Source of the DNA: Deltaproteobacteria bacterium
GTDB lineage: Bacteria; Myxococcota; JACRCW01
Direction: 5' to 3'
Length of the DNA stretch: 41,268 bases
NCBI GenBank assembly: GCA_016218805.1
Contig: JACRCW010000169.1
Span: 62,001-103,268, forward strand
Below, in pieces: positions 27,424-37,310 of this stretch; positions within the stretch are counted from its first letter, which is position 1; every line of letters starts with the position of its first letter. The position numbers were made by a program, and so were the translations under genes. The notes beneath the pieces were generated by a model, which worked only from the letters and a program-made list of their open reading frames with translations, was not told the DNA's origin and ran no database searches.

Positions 27424-28684
27424 ACCCCTCCCAGCCATCCCGCAGCGCCATCACCTCCACGGCGGCCCCGTCACTGAGGTCGCCCTGCGCCTCCGGCACC
27501 ACCATCAGCCCGTCCGCCAGCGCCATGGATGAAAGCGAACCGCTGGATTGCGTCTCCTGCAGCACCGCCACGGCCGTCCCGTCCGCCAGGCGCTCCAGCC
27601 GCACCCGCACGTAGTGCGTCAGCCCCGGCTTCTTGCCGTACCGCCCGCGCAGCACCGCGCGCACCGTCCGCCGGCGCGGCCGCGGCGCGCCCAGCATCCG
27701 CCGCAGCGCCGGGCACACAAACACCTCGCAGGTGACAAACGTGCTTACCGGGTTGCCCGGCAGCCCAAACACCGCGGTCTCCCCCAGCGTTCCCACCGCC
27801 AACGGCCTCCCCGGCCGGATGGCCACCCGCCAGAAGGACAGCACCGCACCCGCGTCCGCCAGCGCGTCCTTCACAAAGTCAAAGTCCCCCACGCTGACCC
27901 CGCCCGTCGTCACCAGCGCGTCCGCCTGCCGCGCCTCCGCCAGTGCGTCCGCCAGCGCGTCCCGCTTGTCCGGTGCCACCGGCAGCACCCGCGGGATGGC
28001 GCCGGCTTCGCGAACCTGCGCGGCCAGCATCCACGCGTTGCTGTTCACAATGCGCGTGGGTGACGGCGGCGCGCCCACCTCGGCCAGTTCATCCCCCGTG
28101 GCCAGGATGGACACCACCGGCCGCCGGTGGACCCGCGCGCGCGCACGCCCCACCGCGCACAGCAGCCCCACGTCCGCCGGGTGCACCACCGTGCCGCGCG
28201 GCAGCACGGCGCGCCCGCACGGGACATCCTCGCCGCGGCGGCGCACGTTGTCCCCGGGCGCGGGCACGCGTTGCAGCGTGACATGCGCGGGGTCCGTCTC
28301 GTCGGTCTCTTCGCGCATGAGCACCGCGTCCGCGCCCGGCGGCATGGGAGCCCCCGTCATGATGCGGGCCGCGCACCCCGCCGGCACCGCGCCGGGTTGC
28401 GCCCCCGCCGCCACGGTGGCGGACACCTCCAGCGGCACCCCCGCGCGCACTGACGCGCTGTGCACCGCGTACCCGTCCATGGCGCTGTTGTCCCACGGCG
28501 GGAGGTCCCGCTCCGCGGTCACGTCCTCAGCCAGCACGCGCCCGCACGCGTCCAGCACGTCCACCATCTCCGTCCCCAGCGGGTGCACGCGCGCCAGGAT
28601 CTCGGCCAGCGCCTGCGCGGGGGTGCGCAGCGACATGGGGACGGACGGGCCGGAAACCAACGGCAGGGAACGGGAACCGGCCAT
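27422..28684 (-). CDS. moeA: Molybdopterin molybdenumtransferase MoeA
   Basis: GRVLAED, PPWDNSAMDGYA, IMTGAP, TGDEL, TTGGVSVG..D, GLPGNP. Start at 28684 or 28636. Confidence 0.93.
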   Translation of the reverse strand: MAGSRSLPLVSGPSVPMSLRTPAQALAEILARVHPLGTEMVDVLDACGRVLAEDVTAERDLPPWDNSAMDGYAVHSASVRAGVPLEVSATVAAGAQPGAVPAGCAARIMTGAPMPPGADAVLMREETDETDPAHVTLQRVPAPGDNVRRRGEDVPCGRAVLPRGTVVHPADVGLLCAVGRARARVHRRPVVSILATGDELAEVGAPPSPTRIVNSNAWMLAAQVREAGAIPRVLPVAPDKRDALADALAEARQADALVTTGGVSVGDFDFVKDALADAGAVLSFWRVAIRPGRPLAVGTLGETAVFGLPGNPVSTFVTCEVFVCPALRRMLGAPRPRRRTVRAVLRGRYGKKPGLTHYVRVRLERLADGTAVAVLQETQSSGSLSSMALADGLMVVPEAQGDLSDGAAVEVMALRDGWEG

Positions 28685-28742
28685 GCGGAACCTCCGGGTA
28701 TTGCGCGGTTGTGGCGGCCACGCGTTGGCGCGGTCAAGCCCG

Positions 28743-30950
28743 TCAGCCGGCCTCCGTGCGGTCCAGGAAGCCCTGCGCGCGCAGGCGCTCCTCCGTCGAG
28801 AAATGCGGGCTCTCCCGGTCCAGCGCCATGGCGGCGCCGGCCAGGCGCGCGGCGTCCCGGCTGTAGGGGCGCTCCTCGGCGGCGGCCAGCAGCGCGCGCG
28901 CCCCGTCATCCCCCAGGCCGGAGGTGGTCAGCAGCTCCACCACGCGCTCCAGCGGTCCCCCGCCAATGATGACCATCCGCGCCGCCAGCCGCTGCGCCTG
29001 CTGCAGCGTCCCGTCCGCCGCCACCGCGCGCACCAACCGGTCCGTGGCGTTGGTGCCCAGCCCCGCGGCGGCCGCAGGCATGTCCGGGACAAACAGCGTG
29101 GTGCCGTCCGCGCCGGTGCGGCGGTGCACCAGGTCCGCGTTCTCCAGGGCCGCCATGGAGATGGCAACAACGTGGGGCTCGCGGTCAAACGCGTCCGCCA
29201 GCGTGGCTTCCGACTGCGGCTCCAGGCTGAGCGCCAGCGCGCACAGCAGCAGCCGGTCATCCAGGCTGGTGTCCTTGAGCGCGTCCGGCGCGCCGGAGGG
29301 CGCGCGCGGGTTGGTGTTGGCCGTGGGCGCCGGCGCCACGTAGGTGAGCCCGGAGTTGCCCGCCTGCAGCGTCCCGGCCACAAGCAGCGACCGGACCGCG
29401 TCCTCAATGAGGCGTGGCACGCCCTTGGCGGTGTCCACCTGCCGCAGCAGCGTCATGGGCAGCGCGGACCGCCCCAGCAGTGATGCGGCCATGGCCCGCC
29501 CGTCCGCGGCGGACAGCGGCCCCAGGAACGCGCGCTGCACGCCGGGCTGCTGCGCCACCGCGCGCAGCCGCTCCGGCCAGTCCGCGGTGGAGTCATCCCG
29601 CGCGCTGATGACCAGCAACCGCGGCGCCACCGCCTGCGAGGCAAGAAACGACAGCACCACCAGCGTCTCCGCCTCCGCGTGGTGCGCATCATCCACGACG
29701 AGGACGCGCGGCTCCGCGCCCGCGTCCAGCGCCGCCGCCAGCGCCCCCAGGCCGGCGGTGCTGGTGGGCAGCAGGCCGCGGCTGGCCTCCGTCAGCAGGC
29801 GCACGCTGGCCGGCGGCGCACTGCGCGCGGAAAACGCGAGCACCGCGCGCGCCAGCGCCACCAGCACGTGCGGGCTGGCGCCTTCCGCCTCGCACCGGGC
29901 GCTGGCCACGCGGCCCCCCACCAGCTGCACGCCGTCCTCAAACGCGCTGATGAGCCGCGTCCGCCCAATCCCCGCGGGTCCCGTCAGCACCACCGTGCCG
30001 CCCTGCCGCCCGCGCGCGGCGGCTTCGTACGCCACTTTCAGCATGGACAGCGGGATCACCCGCCCCATCAGCGGCGCCTCGCCCAGCACCGGCGGCGGAC
30101 GGGAGGCGCGCAGGGCCTCGTTGCGCTCCAGGCGCGCGCTCACCGCGGACGCGGAGCGCGGCCGGCGCGCGGGATCAGGGTCCATCATCTCATTGATGAG
30201 CGCCGCCACGTCCTCACTGACGTCATCCGGCAGCGGCGGGGGCGCGCCCTGGGAGCGCGCCACCTGCAGTGCCGCGGCGGTCTTCACCGCGTACGGCAGC
30301 TCCCGCTTGAACAGCCGGTAGGCGGTCACCCCCAGCGCGTACAGGTCCGTGCCCACCGTGGGGGGACCACCCTCCAGCAGCTCCGGCGCCATGTACGGCG
30401 GCGTCCCGGCAAACAGCGTCACCTTCCCCATCCGCGTGGCACCGCGCGCCAGGCCAAAGTCCACCAGCTTCACGCGCTCGCCCGGGAATGCCCGGCTGTC
30501 CACCAGCACGTTGGCGGGCTTGAGATCCCGGTGGAGGATCCCGCGCGCGTGCACAAACGCCAGCGCGCGCACCAGCTCGGTGAGCACGGACAGGCGGAAG
30601 TGCACGTCGGTGGCGTCCGTCACGCGGAAGATGTCATCCCCCACCACCAGCTCTGCGGTGAAGTACGCGGTCCCCGGATCCGGCCCCGGCCCAAAGTCCA
30701 TCACCCGCACCACGTTGGGGTGGCTCATCGCCGCCAGCACTTCAAACTCGCGCCGGAACGCCGCCGCCCATTTCTCGTCGGTGCGCTCCAGGATCTTCAG
30801 CGCCACCACCTCGCCGGCCCGCGCGGTGTCCTCCACGCGGTACACGCGCCCCGCGCCGCCCTGTCCCAGCACGCCCAGCACGCGGTAGCGGCCGTCAACC
30901 AGGTCATTGATGCGGGGTGGCACGCGCGCGGCTCCGGGGAACGGGTCCAC
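28743..30950 (-). CDS. Ser/Thr kinase fused to AAA_16/STAND-like ATPase
   Basis: GQGGAGRV, HRDLKPAN, DFG, GTPPYMAPE; then GPAGIGRT and LVVDDAH. Start uncertain (GTG 30950 or 30923). Confidence 0.85.
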   Translation of the reverse strand: MDPFPGAARVPPRINDLVDGRYRVLGVLGQGGAGRVYRVEDTARAGEVVALKILERTDEKWAAAFRREFEVLAAMSHPNVVRVMDFGPGPDPGTAYFTAELVVGDDIFRVTDATDVHFRLSVLTELVRALAFVHARGILHRDLKPANVLVDSRAFPGERVKLVDFGLARGATRMGKVTLFAGTPPYMAPELLEGGPPTVGTDLYALGVTAYRLFKRELPYAVKTAAALQVARSQGAPPPLPDDVSEDVAALINEMMDPDPARRPRSASAVSARLERNEALRASRPPPVLGEAPLMGRVIPLSMLKVAYEAAARGRQGGTVVLTGPAGIGRTRLISAFEDGVQLVGGRVASARCEAEGASPHVLVALARAVLAFSARSAPPASVRLLTEASRGLLPTSTAGLGALAAALDAGAEPRVLVVDDAHHAEAETLVVLSFLASQAVAPRLLVISARDDSTADWPERLRAVAQQPGVQRAFLGPLSAADGRAMAASLLGRSALPMTLLRQVDTAKGVPRLIEDAVRSLLVAGTLQAGNSGLTYVAPAPTANTNPRAPSGAPDALKDTSLDDRLLLCALALSLEPQSEATLADAFDREPHVVAISMAALENADLVHRRTGADGTTLFVPDMPAAAAGLGTNATDRLVRAVAADGTLQQAQRLAARMVIIGGGPLERVVELLTTSGLGDDGARALLAAAEERPYSRDAARLAGAAMALDRESPHFSTEERLRAQGFLDRTEAG

Positions 30951-31005
30951 CCACCTTATCGGATGCGGCCCGGTCCCGTTGAGTTCTCCGCCGCACCACC
31001 CGCGC

Positions 31006-32271
31006 GTGCTACGCCTGCGCTTCACCCCGGGGCGCCGCGTGGACCTCTCCCAGCAGCTGCAACGGCTGTCCTCCTGGGGCGCCCGCCCGGCGGATGATGA
31101 CGCCACGCGCATGGACAACGCCATGCTCGTGTTCGGCGGGCTCACCGCCGCCGTGCTGGAGGCCGGCTACGGTGCCGCGTACATGACCCTGGGCCTGGTG
31201 GACCTGGGCGCGCTGTGCCTCCTGCTGGCCGGCCTGTTCCTGGCCAACACCCTGGCCTTCCGACGCCACCGCCACGGCGCCCTGCACTTCCACGCCATGC
31301 TGGGCCTGCTGCTGTGCGGCCTGGGCACGGGGATGGTGCTGATGGGCGGCTTCCAGCCCGTGCTGTCGCTGGCGGTGTGGGGACTGATGGCGCCGCTGGC
31401 CGCGGCCACCTTCCGCCCCCGCCGCCAAGCCCAGCTCTGGCTGCTGGCGTACCTGGCGGTGACCGCCCTGGGCGTGTTTGGGCACCGGGACCTGCCGCCC
31501 CAGGTGGCCTGGCTGCCCGCCTGGGCGGGTGACGTGTTCTTCATGCTCAACCTCTCCCTGCTGGCCGTGGTGGGCATGCTGGTGTTCCAGAACATGGTGG
31601 ACCAGCGGCGCCGGGCGCTGGCGCTGGTGAAGGACGCGCACGCCCGCTCCGAAGCGCTGCTCCTCAACGTTCTGCCGCCGTCCATTGCGGAGCGGCTCAA
31701 GGCCAGCCCGGGCACCATTGCGGACCGGTTTGACGCGGTGACCATCCTGTTTGCGGACATTGTGGGGTTCACGGCGCTGTCCGCGCGCGTGTCACCGGAG
31801 AAGCTGGTGGAGCTGCTCAATGACGTCTTCACCCAATTCGACGCGTTGGCGGACCGGCATGGCCTGGAGAAGATCAAGACCATTGGGGACGCGTACATGG
31901 TGGTGGGCGGCCTGCCCCAGCCGCGCGCGGACCACGCGGCGGCGGTGGCGCGCATGTCCCTGCGGATGCTGGCGGTGGTGGAACAGCACGCCGTGCGCCT
32001 GGGCCATCCCCTCAGCATCCGCGTGGGCATCCACAGCGGCCCGGCGGTGGCCGGCGTCATAGGCCGGCGCAAGTTCATCTATGACCTGTGGGGTGACGCG
32101 GTGAACACCGCCAGCCGCATGGAGTCCCACGGGCAGCCCGGGCAGGTGCAGGTGTCTGAGGCCACGCAGCGGCTGCTCAACGGGACGTTTGTGCTGCGTG
32201 AGCGGGGGACCATTGAGGTCAAGGGCAAGGGCGCCATGACCACGTGGTTTCTGGAACGGGAACTGGGCTGA
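31006..32271 (+). CDS. Membrane-bound class III adenylate cyclase
   Basis: About six TM helices, LLNVLP..IAERL, FADIVGFT, KIKTIGDAYM, YDLWGDAVNTASRMES. Start uncertain (31006/31039). Confidence 0.88.
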   Translation: MLRLRFTPGRRVDLSQQLQRLSSWGARPADDDATRMDNAMLVFGGLTAAVLEAGYGAAYMTLGLVDLGALCLLLAGLFLANTLAFRRHRHGALHFHAMLGLLLCGLGTGMVLMGGFQPVLSLAVWGLMAPLAAATFRPRRQAQLWLLAYLAVTALGVFGHRDLPPQVAWLPAWAGDVFFMLNLSLLAVVGMLVFQNMVDQRRRALALVKDAHARSEALLLNVLPPSIAERLKASPGTIADRFDAVTILFADIVGFTALSARVSPEKLVELLNDVFTQFDALADRHGLEKIKTIGDAYMVVGGLPQPRADHAAAVARMSLRMLAVVEQHAVRLGHPLSIRVGIHSGPAVAGVIGRRKFIYDLWGDAVNTASRMESHGQPGQVQVSEATQRLLNGTFVLRERGTIEVKGKGAMTTWFLERELG

Positions 32272-32276
32272 GGGGA

Positions 32277-34415
32277 TCAGCCCTCGTCACCGGAGAGGTG
32301 CGTTGCCATGTGGCGGGCCAGCTCACCGCGCGGGTCCCGCATCTGGTGGCGGATGAGGAAGCTCTGCAGGTCCGCGGACAGGTCCGCCGCCCACGAATAC
32401 CGGCGCTCCACCTCCCGCTCCAGCGCCTTCATCACAATGTCCACCAGGTCGGACGGAACGTCGGGGCGCACGCCCACCAGCGGCGGGATGTTCCCCTTGA
32501 TCACGTTGCGGATGGTCTCCACGTCGGTGCGCGCGGCAAAGAGGCGGCGGCCGGCAATGAGCTCGTACAGGATGATGCCCACCGCAAACACGTCTGACCG
32601 CCGGTCAATGGCCTGCCCGCGCATCTGCTCCGGGCTCATGTAGCTGATCTTGCCTTTGATGAGGCCGGGCCGCGTCATGGACAGCTTGCTGACGGCCTTG
32701 GCAATGCCAAAGTCAATGATCTTCACCGCGCCTTCAAAGCTGACCAGGATGTTCGCCGGGCTGATGTCGCGGTGGACAATGCCAAGCTCCCGGTTGTCCG
32801 CGCCACGCTTGCGGTGGGCGTAGTCCAGGCCCTCACAGATCTGCTGGACGATGTAGCAGCAGATGGGAATGGGCAGCGGCGCCTTGCGCTTGAAGCCGTC
32901 CTTGAACAGCGCGTTCACGTCCCGGCCGTGGATGAACTCCATGGCGATGTAATACGAACCGTCCCGCTTACCGAAGTCATAGATGTGCGCGATGTTGGCG
33001 TGGTTGAGCTGCACGGTCAGCTTGGCCTCGTCAATGAACATCTCGACGAACTCGCTGGAGTCCGTCAGGTGCGGCAGGATGCGCTTGATGGCCACCTGCT
33101 TCTCAAACCCCTCCACGCCGCCGCTCTTGGCCAGGAACACCTCAGCCATGCCGCCCGCCTTCACGCGGCGGATGAGCGTGTAGGGGCCGAACTGGGTGCC
33201 CTCCACGGGCGCGTCCGCCGCGGCCTCCTCCATGACCTCAATCCCGTCCGACCCCGTGGGGGGCGCGGGCGAGGCGACCCTGGGTGGTGGCGGCGGTGGC
33301 GGCGGCGCGGGGGTCTTGGGGGTGGGCGGCGGGGGCGGCGGCGGCCCGACAAACGTGGTGGGGCGCTGCGGCTTGAAGGGCAGGCGCGTGGGGCCGGCGT
33401 CCGGGTCCTCGGCGGAGGGCACGGGAGCGGCCGCCTGCGGGGACGGCGTGATGCGCGGCCCGGACTTCTGGTCCAGCAGGCGGGCCACGCGCGGGGCGGG
33501 GTTGCGCGGGCGTACCGGCGGCGGCGCGGGCGCGCGCGGGGGCACCGGCGGGGGCGGCGTGGCGGATTCCGCGTCAAACCCGTGGTCGTCCTCCACGGCG
33601 GCCATGTCCGTCTGCGTGCCCGGTTCGTCCGCGGCAGCGGCGGCGTTGACGGAGGTCTGCTCGTCGGTCTCGCCCAGCTCCGCGGTTGCCTCCACGGAGT
33701 CGCGGCTGGCAAACAGCTCGCGCAGCTCCGCGTCGTCAGACGCGCTGATGAGCGGGGGGGGGCGCAGCGCCACCGGCACCTCCCGCGGCTGCGGGTCGGT
33801 GGGGTTGGATTGCAGGGACGGCGGCAGCGCCATGCCGGGCGAGCTGCCCGGGTTGGTACCCGGCACCGCACGGAAGCTCCCGGACTGCTTGCCCGCCACC
33901 ACCGCGGGAATGCGCGCGGACGAGTTGGACCCCGGGTCCTTCTTGCGCACCAGCAGCTGCACCTCGTCCGTGATGCCGTCACCCAGGCCCGCCTGGTAGT
34001 AACGCGCCAGCGCGCGCTCAATGTCCGCGCGCCGGGCCAGCACGGGCTTGAGGGGGTGACCCAGCTCCGCGGCCACGTCATCCAGGCGGTCCAGGTTGTC
34101 AGCGTCACAGGTGGCGATCACCAGCTTCTTGTCCATCAGCCGCAGCGGCACCAGGCGCCCGCGGATGGCCCGCTGCCGCGGTACCAGCCGGATGAGCCGG
34201 TTCTCCAGGTTCTCAAACCAGCGCGCCTCGGCAAACGTGATGCGCCGCTGCCGCGCCAGCGCCTTGAGCACGGTGTCCTCGTCAACAAACCCCAGGTGCA
34301 ACAGGGTCTCGCCCAGGCGCTTGCCGAGCTCGCGCTGGGTGCGGAGCGCGCGCTCCAGGTCTTCCGGCCGGAGCGCGCCCAGCTTGATGAGGACCTCTCC
34401 GAGCCGCTCTGCCAT
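32277..34415 (-). CDS. MshEN/T2SSE_N domain - Pro-rich linker - Ser/Thr kinase
   Basis: GGAGG RBS; RLGEVL..LG....L.RAL..Q...GKRLGETL..LG; kinase GGMAEV, AIK, HRDISPAN, DFG, YMSPE. Confidence 0.88.
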   Translation of the reverse strand: MAERLGEVLIKLGALRPEDLERALRTQRELGKRLGETLLHLGFVDEDTVLKALARQRRITFAEARWFENLENRLIRLVPRQRAIRGRLVPLRLMDKKLVIATCDADNLDRLDDVAAELGHPLKPVLARRADIERALARYYQAGLGDGITDEVQLLVRKKDPGSNSSARIPAVVAGKQSGSFRAVPGTNPGSSPGMALPPSLQSNPTDPQPREVPVALRPPPLISASDDAELRELFASRDSVEATAELGETDEQTSVNAAAAADEPGTQTDMAAVEDDHGFDAESATPPPPVPPRAPAPPPVRPRNPAPRVARLLDQKSGPRITPSPQAAAPVPSAEDPDAGPTRLPFKPQRPTTFVGPPPPPPPTPKTPAPPPPPPPPRVASPAPPTGSDGIEVMEEAAADAPVEGTQFGPYTLIRRVKAGGMAEVFLAKSGGVEGFEKQVAIKRILPHLTDSSEFVEMFIDEAKLTVQLNHANIAHIYDFGKRDGSYYIAMEFIHGRDVNALFKDGFKRKAPLPIPICCYIVQQICEGLDYAHRKRGADNRELGIVHRDISPANILVSFEGAVKIIDFGIAKAVSKLSMTRPGLIKGKISYMSPEQMRGQAIDRRSDVFAVGIILYELIAGRRLFAARTDVETIRNVIKGNIPPLVGVRPDVPSDLVDIVMKALEREVERRYSWAADLSADLQSFLIRHQMRDPRGELARHMATHLSGDEG

Positions 34416-34465
34416 GCCTCCAACCGGGGGGGGCGTGCGCGCGCCCGTCGCACGCAGGAAGGTGA

Positions 34466-34496
34466 ATGGTAGGGGGCACGGCGCGGGGGGTGTCAA
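34466..34496 (-). promoter_or_regulatory. Possible sigma70 promoter of the MshEN kinase
   Basis: TTGACA-19 nt-TACCAT on the minus strand, about 50 nt upstream of the ATG. Confidence 0.3.
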
Positions 34497-34615
34497 TGGC
34501 GGGCCGCAGCATCGCGTCGTCATGCGGCGTCCGGGTGCCCACCCGCGTTCCCCGCGGCGCCACAATGGGCTACCAGAGGGCCACCCCGTGGGGCCGGTTC
34601 CGTCCCGGAGGCGTG

Positions 34616-35584
34616 ATGCAGTCCATCCGCGTCGAACAGCTCCTCAAGGACGACGAGTTCGACCTGGGGCTTGCCCTGGTCACGGGCGAGGCCGGGCTGG
34701 GGCGCGACATTGACTTTGACAAGATCCAGAAGCCGGGGCTGGCGTTCACGGGCTACACGGACTTTGTGCGGGCCCGGCGGGTGCAGGTGCTGGGCAACGC
34801 GGAGATCTCCTACCTGTGGCAGGTGAGCCCGGAGGAGCGCACCCGTGCGCTGGCCTGGCTGGCCACCCGCCAGGTGGCCTGTGTCATTGTCACCAAGGGC
34901 CTGCAGATACCGGACGAGCTGCGCGACATCTGCCTGTCATCCGGCACACCGCTGTTCCGCACGCACCTGCTGTCCAGCAACCTCATTTCCAAGCTGCAGG
35001 CGCTGCTGGAGGAGAAACTGGCACCGCAGACGGTGCTGCACGGCGTGCTGGTGGACGTGTTTGGCATTGGCGTGCTCATCCTGGGCAAGAGCGGCATTGG
35101 CAAGAGTGAGTGTGCGCTGGACCTGATCATGAACCACCACCGGCTGGTGGCGGATGACGTGGTGGACATCAAGCGCAAGGGCCCGGACGTGGTGTTTGGC
35201 GGCGGCAATGAGATCATCAAGCACCACATGGAGATCCGCGGGCTGGGGATCCTGAACATCAAGGACCTGTTTGGCGTGGCGTCCGTGCGTGACCGCAAGC
35301 GCATTGAGCTGGTGGTGGAACTGGTGGAGTGGAGTGATGACGAGGAATACGACCGCATTGGCATTGACGAGCGGACGTACACCATCCTGGACGTGGACAT
35401 CCCGCTGCTGACGGTGCCGGTGCGCCCGGGCCGCAACATCACCACCATCATTGAAGTGGCGGCGCGCAACCAGCTGCTCAAGCTGCAGGGCCACCACTCC
35501 GCGCTGGAGTTCCAGGAACGGCTGACCCGCGCCATGGCAAACTCCACGCCGCCGCGACGTGTGGTGGGTGACGACGTGGAATGA
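34616..35584 (+). CDS. hprK: HPr(Ser) kinase/phosphorylase
   Basis: HGVLVDVFG.GVLI.GKSGIGKSE.AL, HRLVADD, MEIRGLGI, PVRPGRN..IIEVAARN. Confidence 0.95.
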   Translation: MQSIRVEQLLKDDEFDLGLALVTGEAGLGRDIDFDKIQKPGLAFTGYTDFVRARRVQVLGNAEISYLWQVSPEERTRALAWLATRQVACVIVTKGLQIPDELRDICLSSGTPLFRTHLLSSNLISKLQALLEEKLAPQTVLHGVLVDVFGIGVLILGKSGIGKSECALDLIMNHHRLVADDVVDIKRKGPDVVFGGGNEIIKHHMEIRGLGILNIKDLFGVASVRDRKRIELVVELVEWSDDEEYDRIGIDERTYTILDVDIPLLTVPVRPGRNITTIIEVAARNQLLKLQGHHSALEFQERLTRAMANSTPPRRVVGDDVE

Positions 35585-36339
35585 GCCGCGCGCCTGACGC
35601 GCGGCAGGGAGGGGACATGGCGGGCAGCCGCACGCGCGTGACCACGCTGTCCATTGACGTGGGCGGGACGGGGCTCAAAGCCAGCGTGCTGGATGAGCGC
35701 GGCCGCATGCTGGTGGACCGCGTGCGCGTGGAGACGCCCGTCGGGTCACCGCCCGGCGTCGTCGTCACCGCGCTGCGCCGGCTGGTGGCGCCGCTGCCGC
35801 ATTACCACCGCGTCAGCGTGGGCTTTCCCGGCGTGGTGCGGGACGGCGTGGTGCGCACCGCGCCCAACCTGGGCCACACAGGCTGGCAGGGATATGACCT
35901 GGCCCGCGCGCTGCAGCGCGCGTTGGGACGGCCGGTGCGCGTCATCAACGACGCCGACATGCAGGGTCTGGCGGCCATCCGCGGCAAGGGCCTGGAGCTG
36001 GTGCTGACACTGGGCACCGGGTTTGGGTCCGCGCTGTACATCCACGGCCGGCTGGCGCCGCACCTGGAGCTGGCACACGTCCCGTTCCGCAAGGGGGAGA
36101 CGTTTGAACAACAGCTGGGCAACGCCGCGCGCAAGCAGGCGGGCGCACGCGCGTGGAACCGCCGCGTGCGCAAGGCGCTGGACGTGCTGTTCACGTTGAC
36201 CCAGTACGACCGTGCGTACCTTGGGGGAGGGAACTCCAAGCACCTCCAGGGCAAGCTCCCGCGCAACACGAGCATTGTGCCCAATGAGAAGGGCATCCTG
36301 GGCGGCATCCACCTGTGGCGCGAAGGCGTGGCGCTCTGA
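35581..36339 (+). CDS. ROK-family sugar kinase, polyphosphate glucokinase-like
   Basis: DVGGTGLK, NDADMQG, TLGTGFG, HLELAH, LGGGN; ATGA overlap with hprK. Alternative start at 35618. Confidence 0.82.
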   Translation: MSRAPDARQGGDMAGSRTRVTTLSIDVGGTGLKASVLDERGRMLVDRVRVETPVGSPPGVVVTALRRLVAPLPHYHRVSVGFPGVVRDGVVRTAPNLGHTGWQGYDLARALQRALGRPVRVINDADMQGLAAIRGKGLELVLTLGTGFGSALYIHGRLAPHLELAHVPFRKGETFEQQLGNAARKQAGARAWNRRVRKALDVLFTLTQYDRAYLGGGNSKHLQGKLPRNTSIVPNEKGILGGIHLWREGVAL

Positions 36340-36348
36340 CCGCAGGGT

Positions 36349-36822
36349 TCACCCGTCGTCGCGGCTGCCGGCCCACTCGCGCAGGCGCCGGGTCACGCGG
36401 TGCTGCCGGGCCGCGTTGCACTGGCGGGATTCCTCGGTGCGCAGCTCCTCACCGCCCTCCAGGCCCGCGTCGTCCACGTCCAGCGCCACCACCAGCGTCG
36501 TCGTCGTCTCGCACCCGGTCTGGTCGTTGCGGCTCACCTCGGACTCGGTGACCTCATAGCGGCCCGCGCGCGGCACCTGGGCCACGTACACGCGGTCCGC
36601 GGACGTATCACTGCGGCCGTACAGCACCGCGCGCCCGCCGCTGCGGTCCTCAATGGTCAGCGTCAGCCGCACCGCCGCGGACTGCGTCTGCGCGCAGTAG
36701 TCCGGCTGCGGATCAAACTGCCGGCACACCTGCTCCTGGCTCACCAGCACCTCAAAGGTGCGCACCGACGGGCCGCACGACGCGGCACCGCACAACACGG
36801 CCAGCCACCGCAGGCGCCTCAT
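36349..36822 (-). CDS. Hypothetical lipoprotein (paralogue 3)
   Basis: Signal peptide ending AASC; four further Cys; ATGA overlap with the upstream paralogue. Confidence 0.7.
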   Translation of the reverse strand: MRRLRWLAVLCGAASCGPSVRTFEVLVSQEQVCRQFDPQPDYCAQTQSAAVRLTLTIEDRSGGRAVLYGRSDTSADRVYVAQVPRAGRYEVTESEVSRNDQTGCETTTTLVVALDVDDAGLEGGEELRTEESRQCNAARQHRVTRRLREWAGSRDDG

Positions 36823-37310
36823 GGCTGGCTCACCTCCACCGCTTCCACGCGGAACCGCCGCAGCTCGCCGTAGGGCACGTTGACGCCGCACTGCTGCGGG
36901 TCACCCTCCGCGGTGGTGCTCTCGCGGAACTCGCCGGTCAGCTCACGGCGGATGCCAAACCCCGGGTTGTCCACAATCCCGTCCAGCTCCCGGTGCTGCC
37001 GCGTCATGCAGCCGGACGCCTCGCGGATGAGGTCGCGCGTGTCGGAGACCTTCAGCGTGTCGCCGTCAAACGTCCCCAGCATCGTCTCATCGCGGAAGAA
37101 CACGCGCGTGCGGTCCTCGCGTTCATCCACGCTGAGCGTCCCGCCCAGGATCACCCCGCCGTCCGCGGGCGGCTGGCAGTCCACGGTCCCCGCGTGGATC
37201 TCACAGGTGGCCACCTGCGTGAGGGTGGCTGCGTAGTGCACAATGGCGTTGGGCAGGCACGCGCCCGCCGCCAACACCACCGCCACCGCGGCCAGACGAA
37301 CCGCGCTCAT
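36819..37310 (-). CDS. Hypothetical lipoprotein (paralogue 2)
   Basis: Signal peptide ending AGAC; four further Cys; ATGA overlap with the upstream paralogue. Confidence 0.72.
   Translation of the reverse strand: MSAVRLAAVAVVLAAGACLPNAIVHYAATLTQVATCEIHAGTVDCQPPADGGVILGGTLSVDEREDRTRVFFRDETMLGTFDGDTLKVSDTRDLIREASGCMTRQHRELDGIVDNPGFGIRRELTGEFRESTTAEGDPQQCGVNVPYGELRRFRVEAVEVSQP

Noticed and set aside
26853..27532. ORFs across the tandem repeat (26864..27532 +, 26853..27425 -, 27091..27438 -)
   Set aside because: Translations simply mirror the repeat, unit lengths shift frame, and the ORFs overlap real genes.
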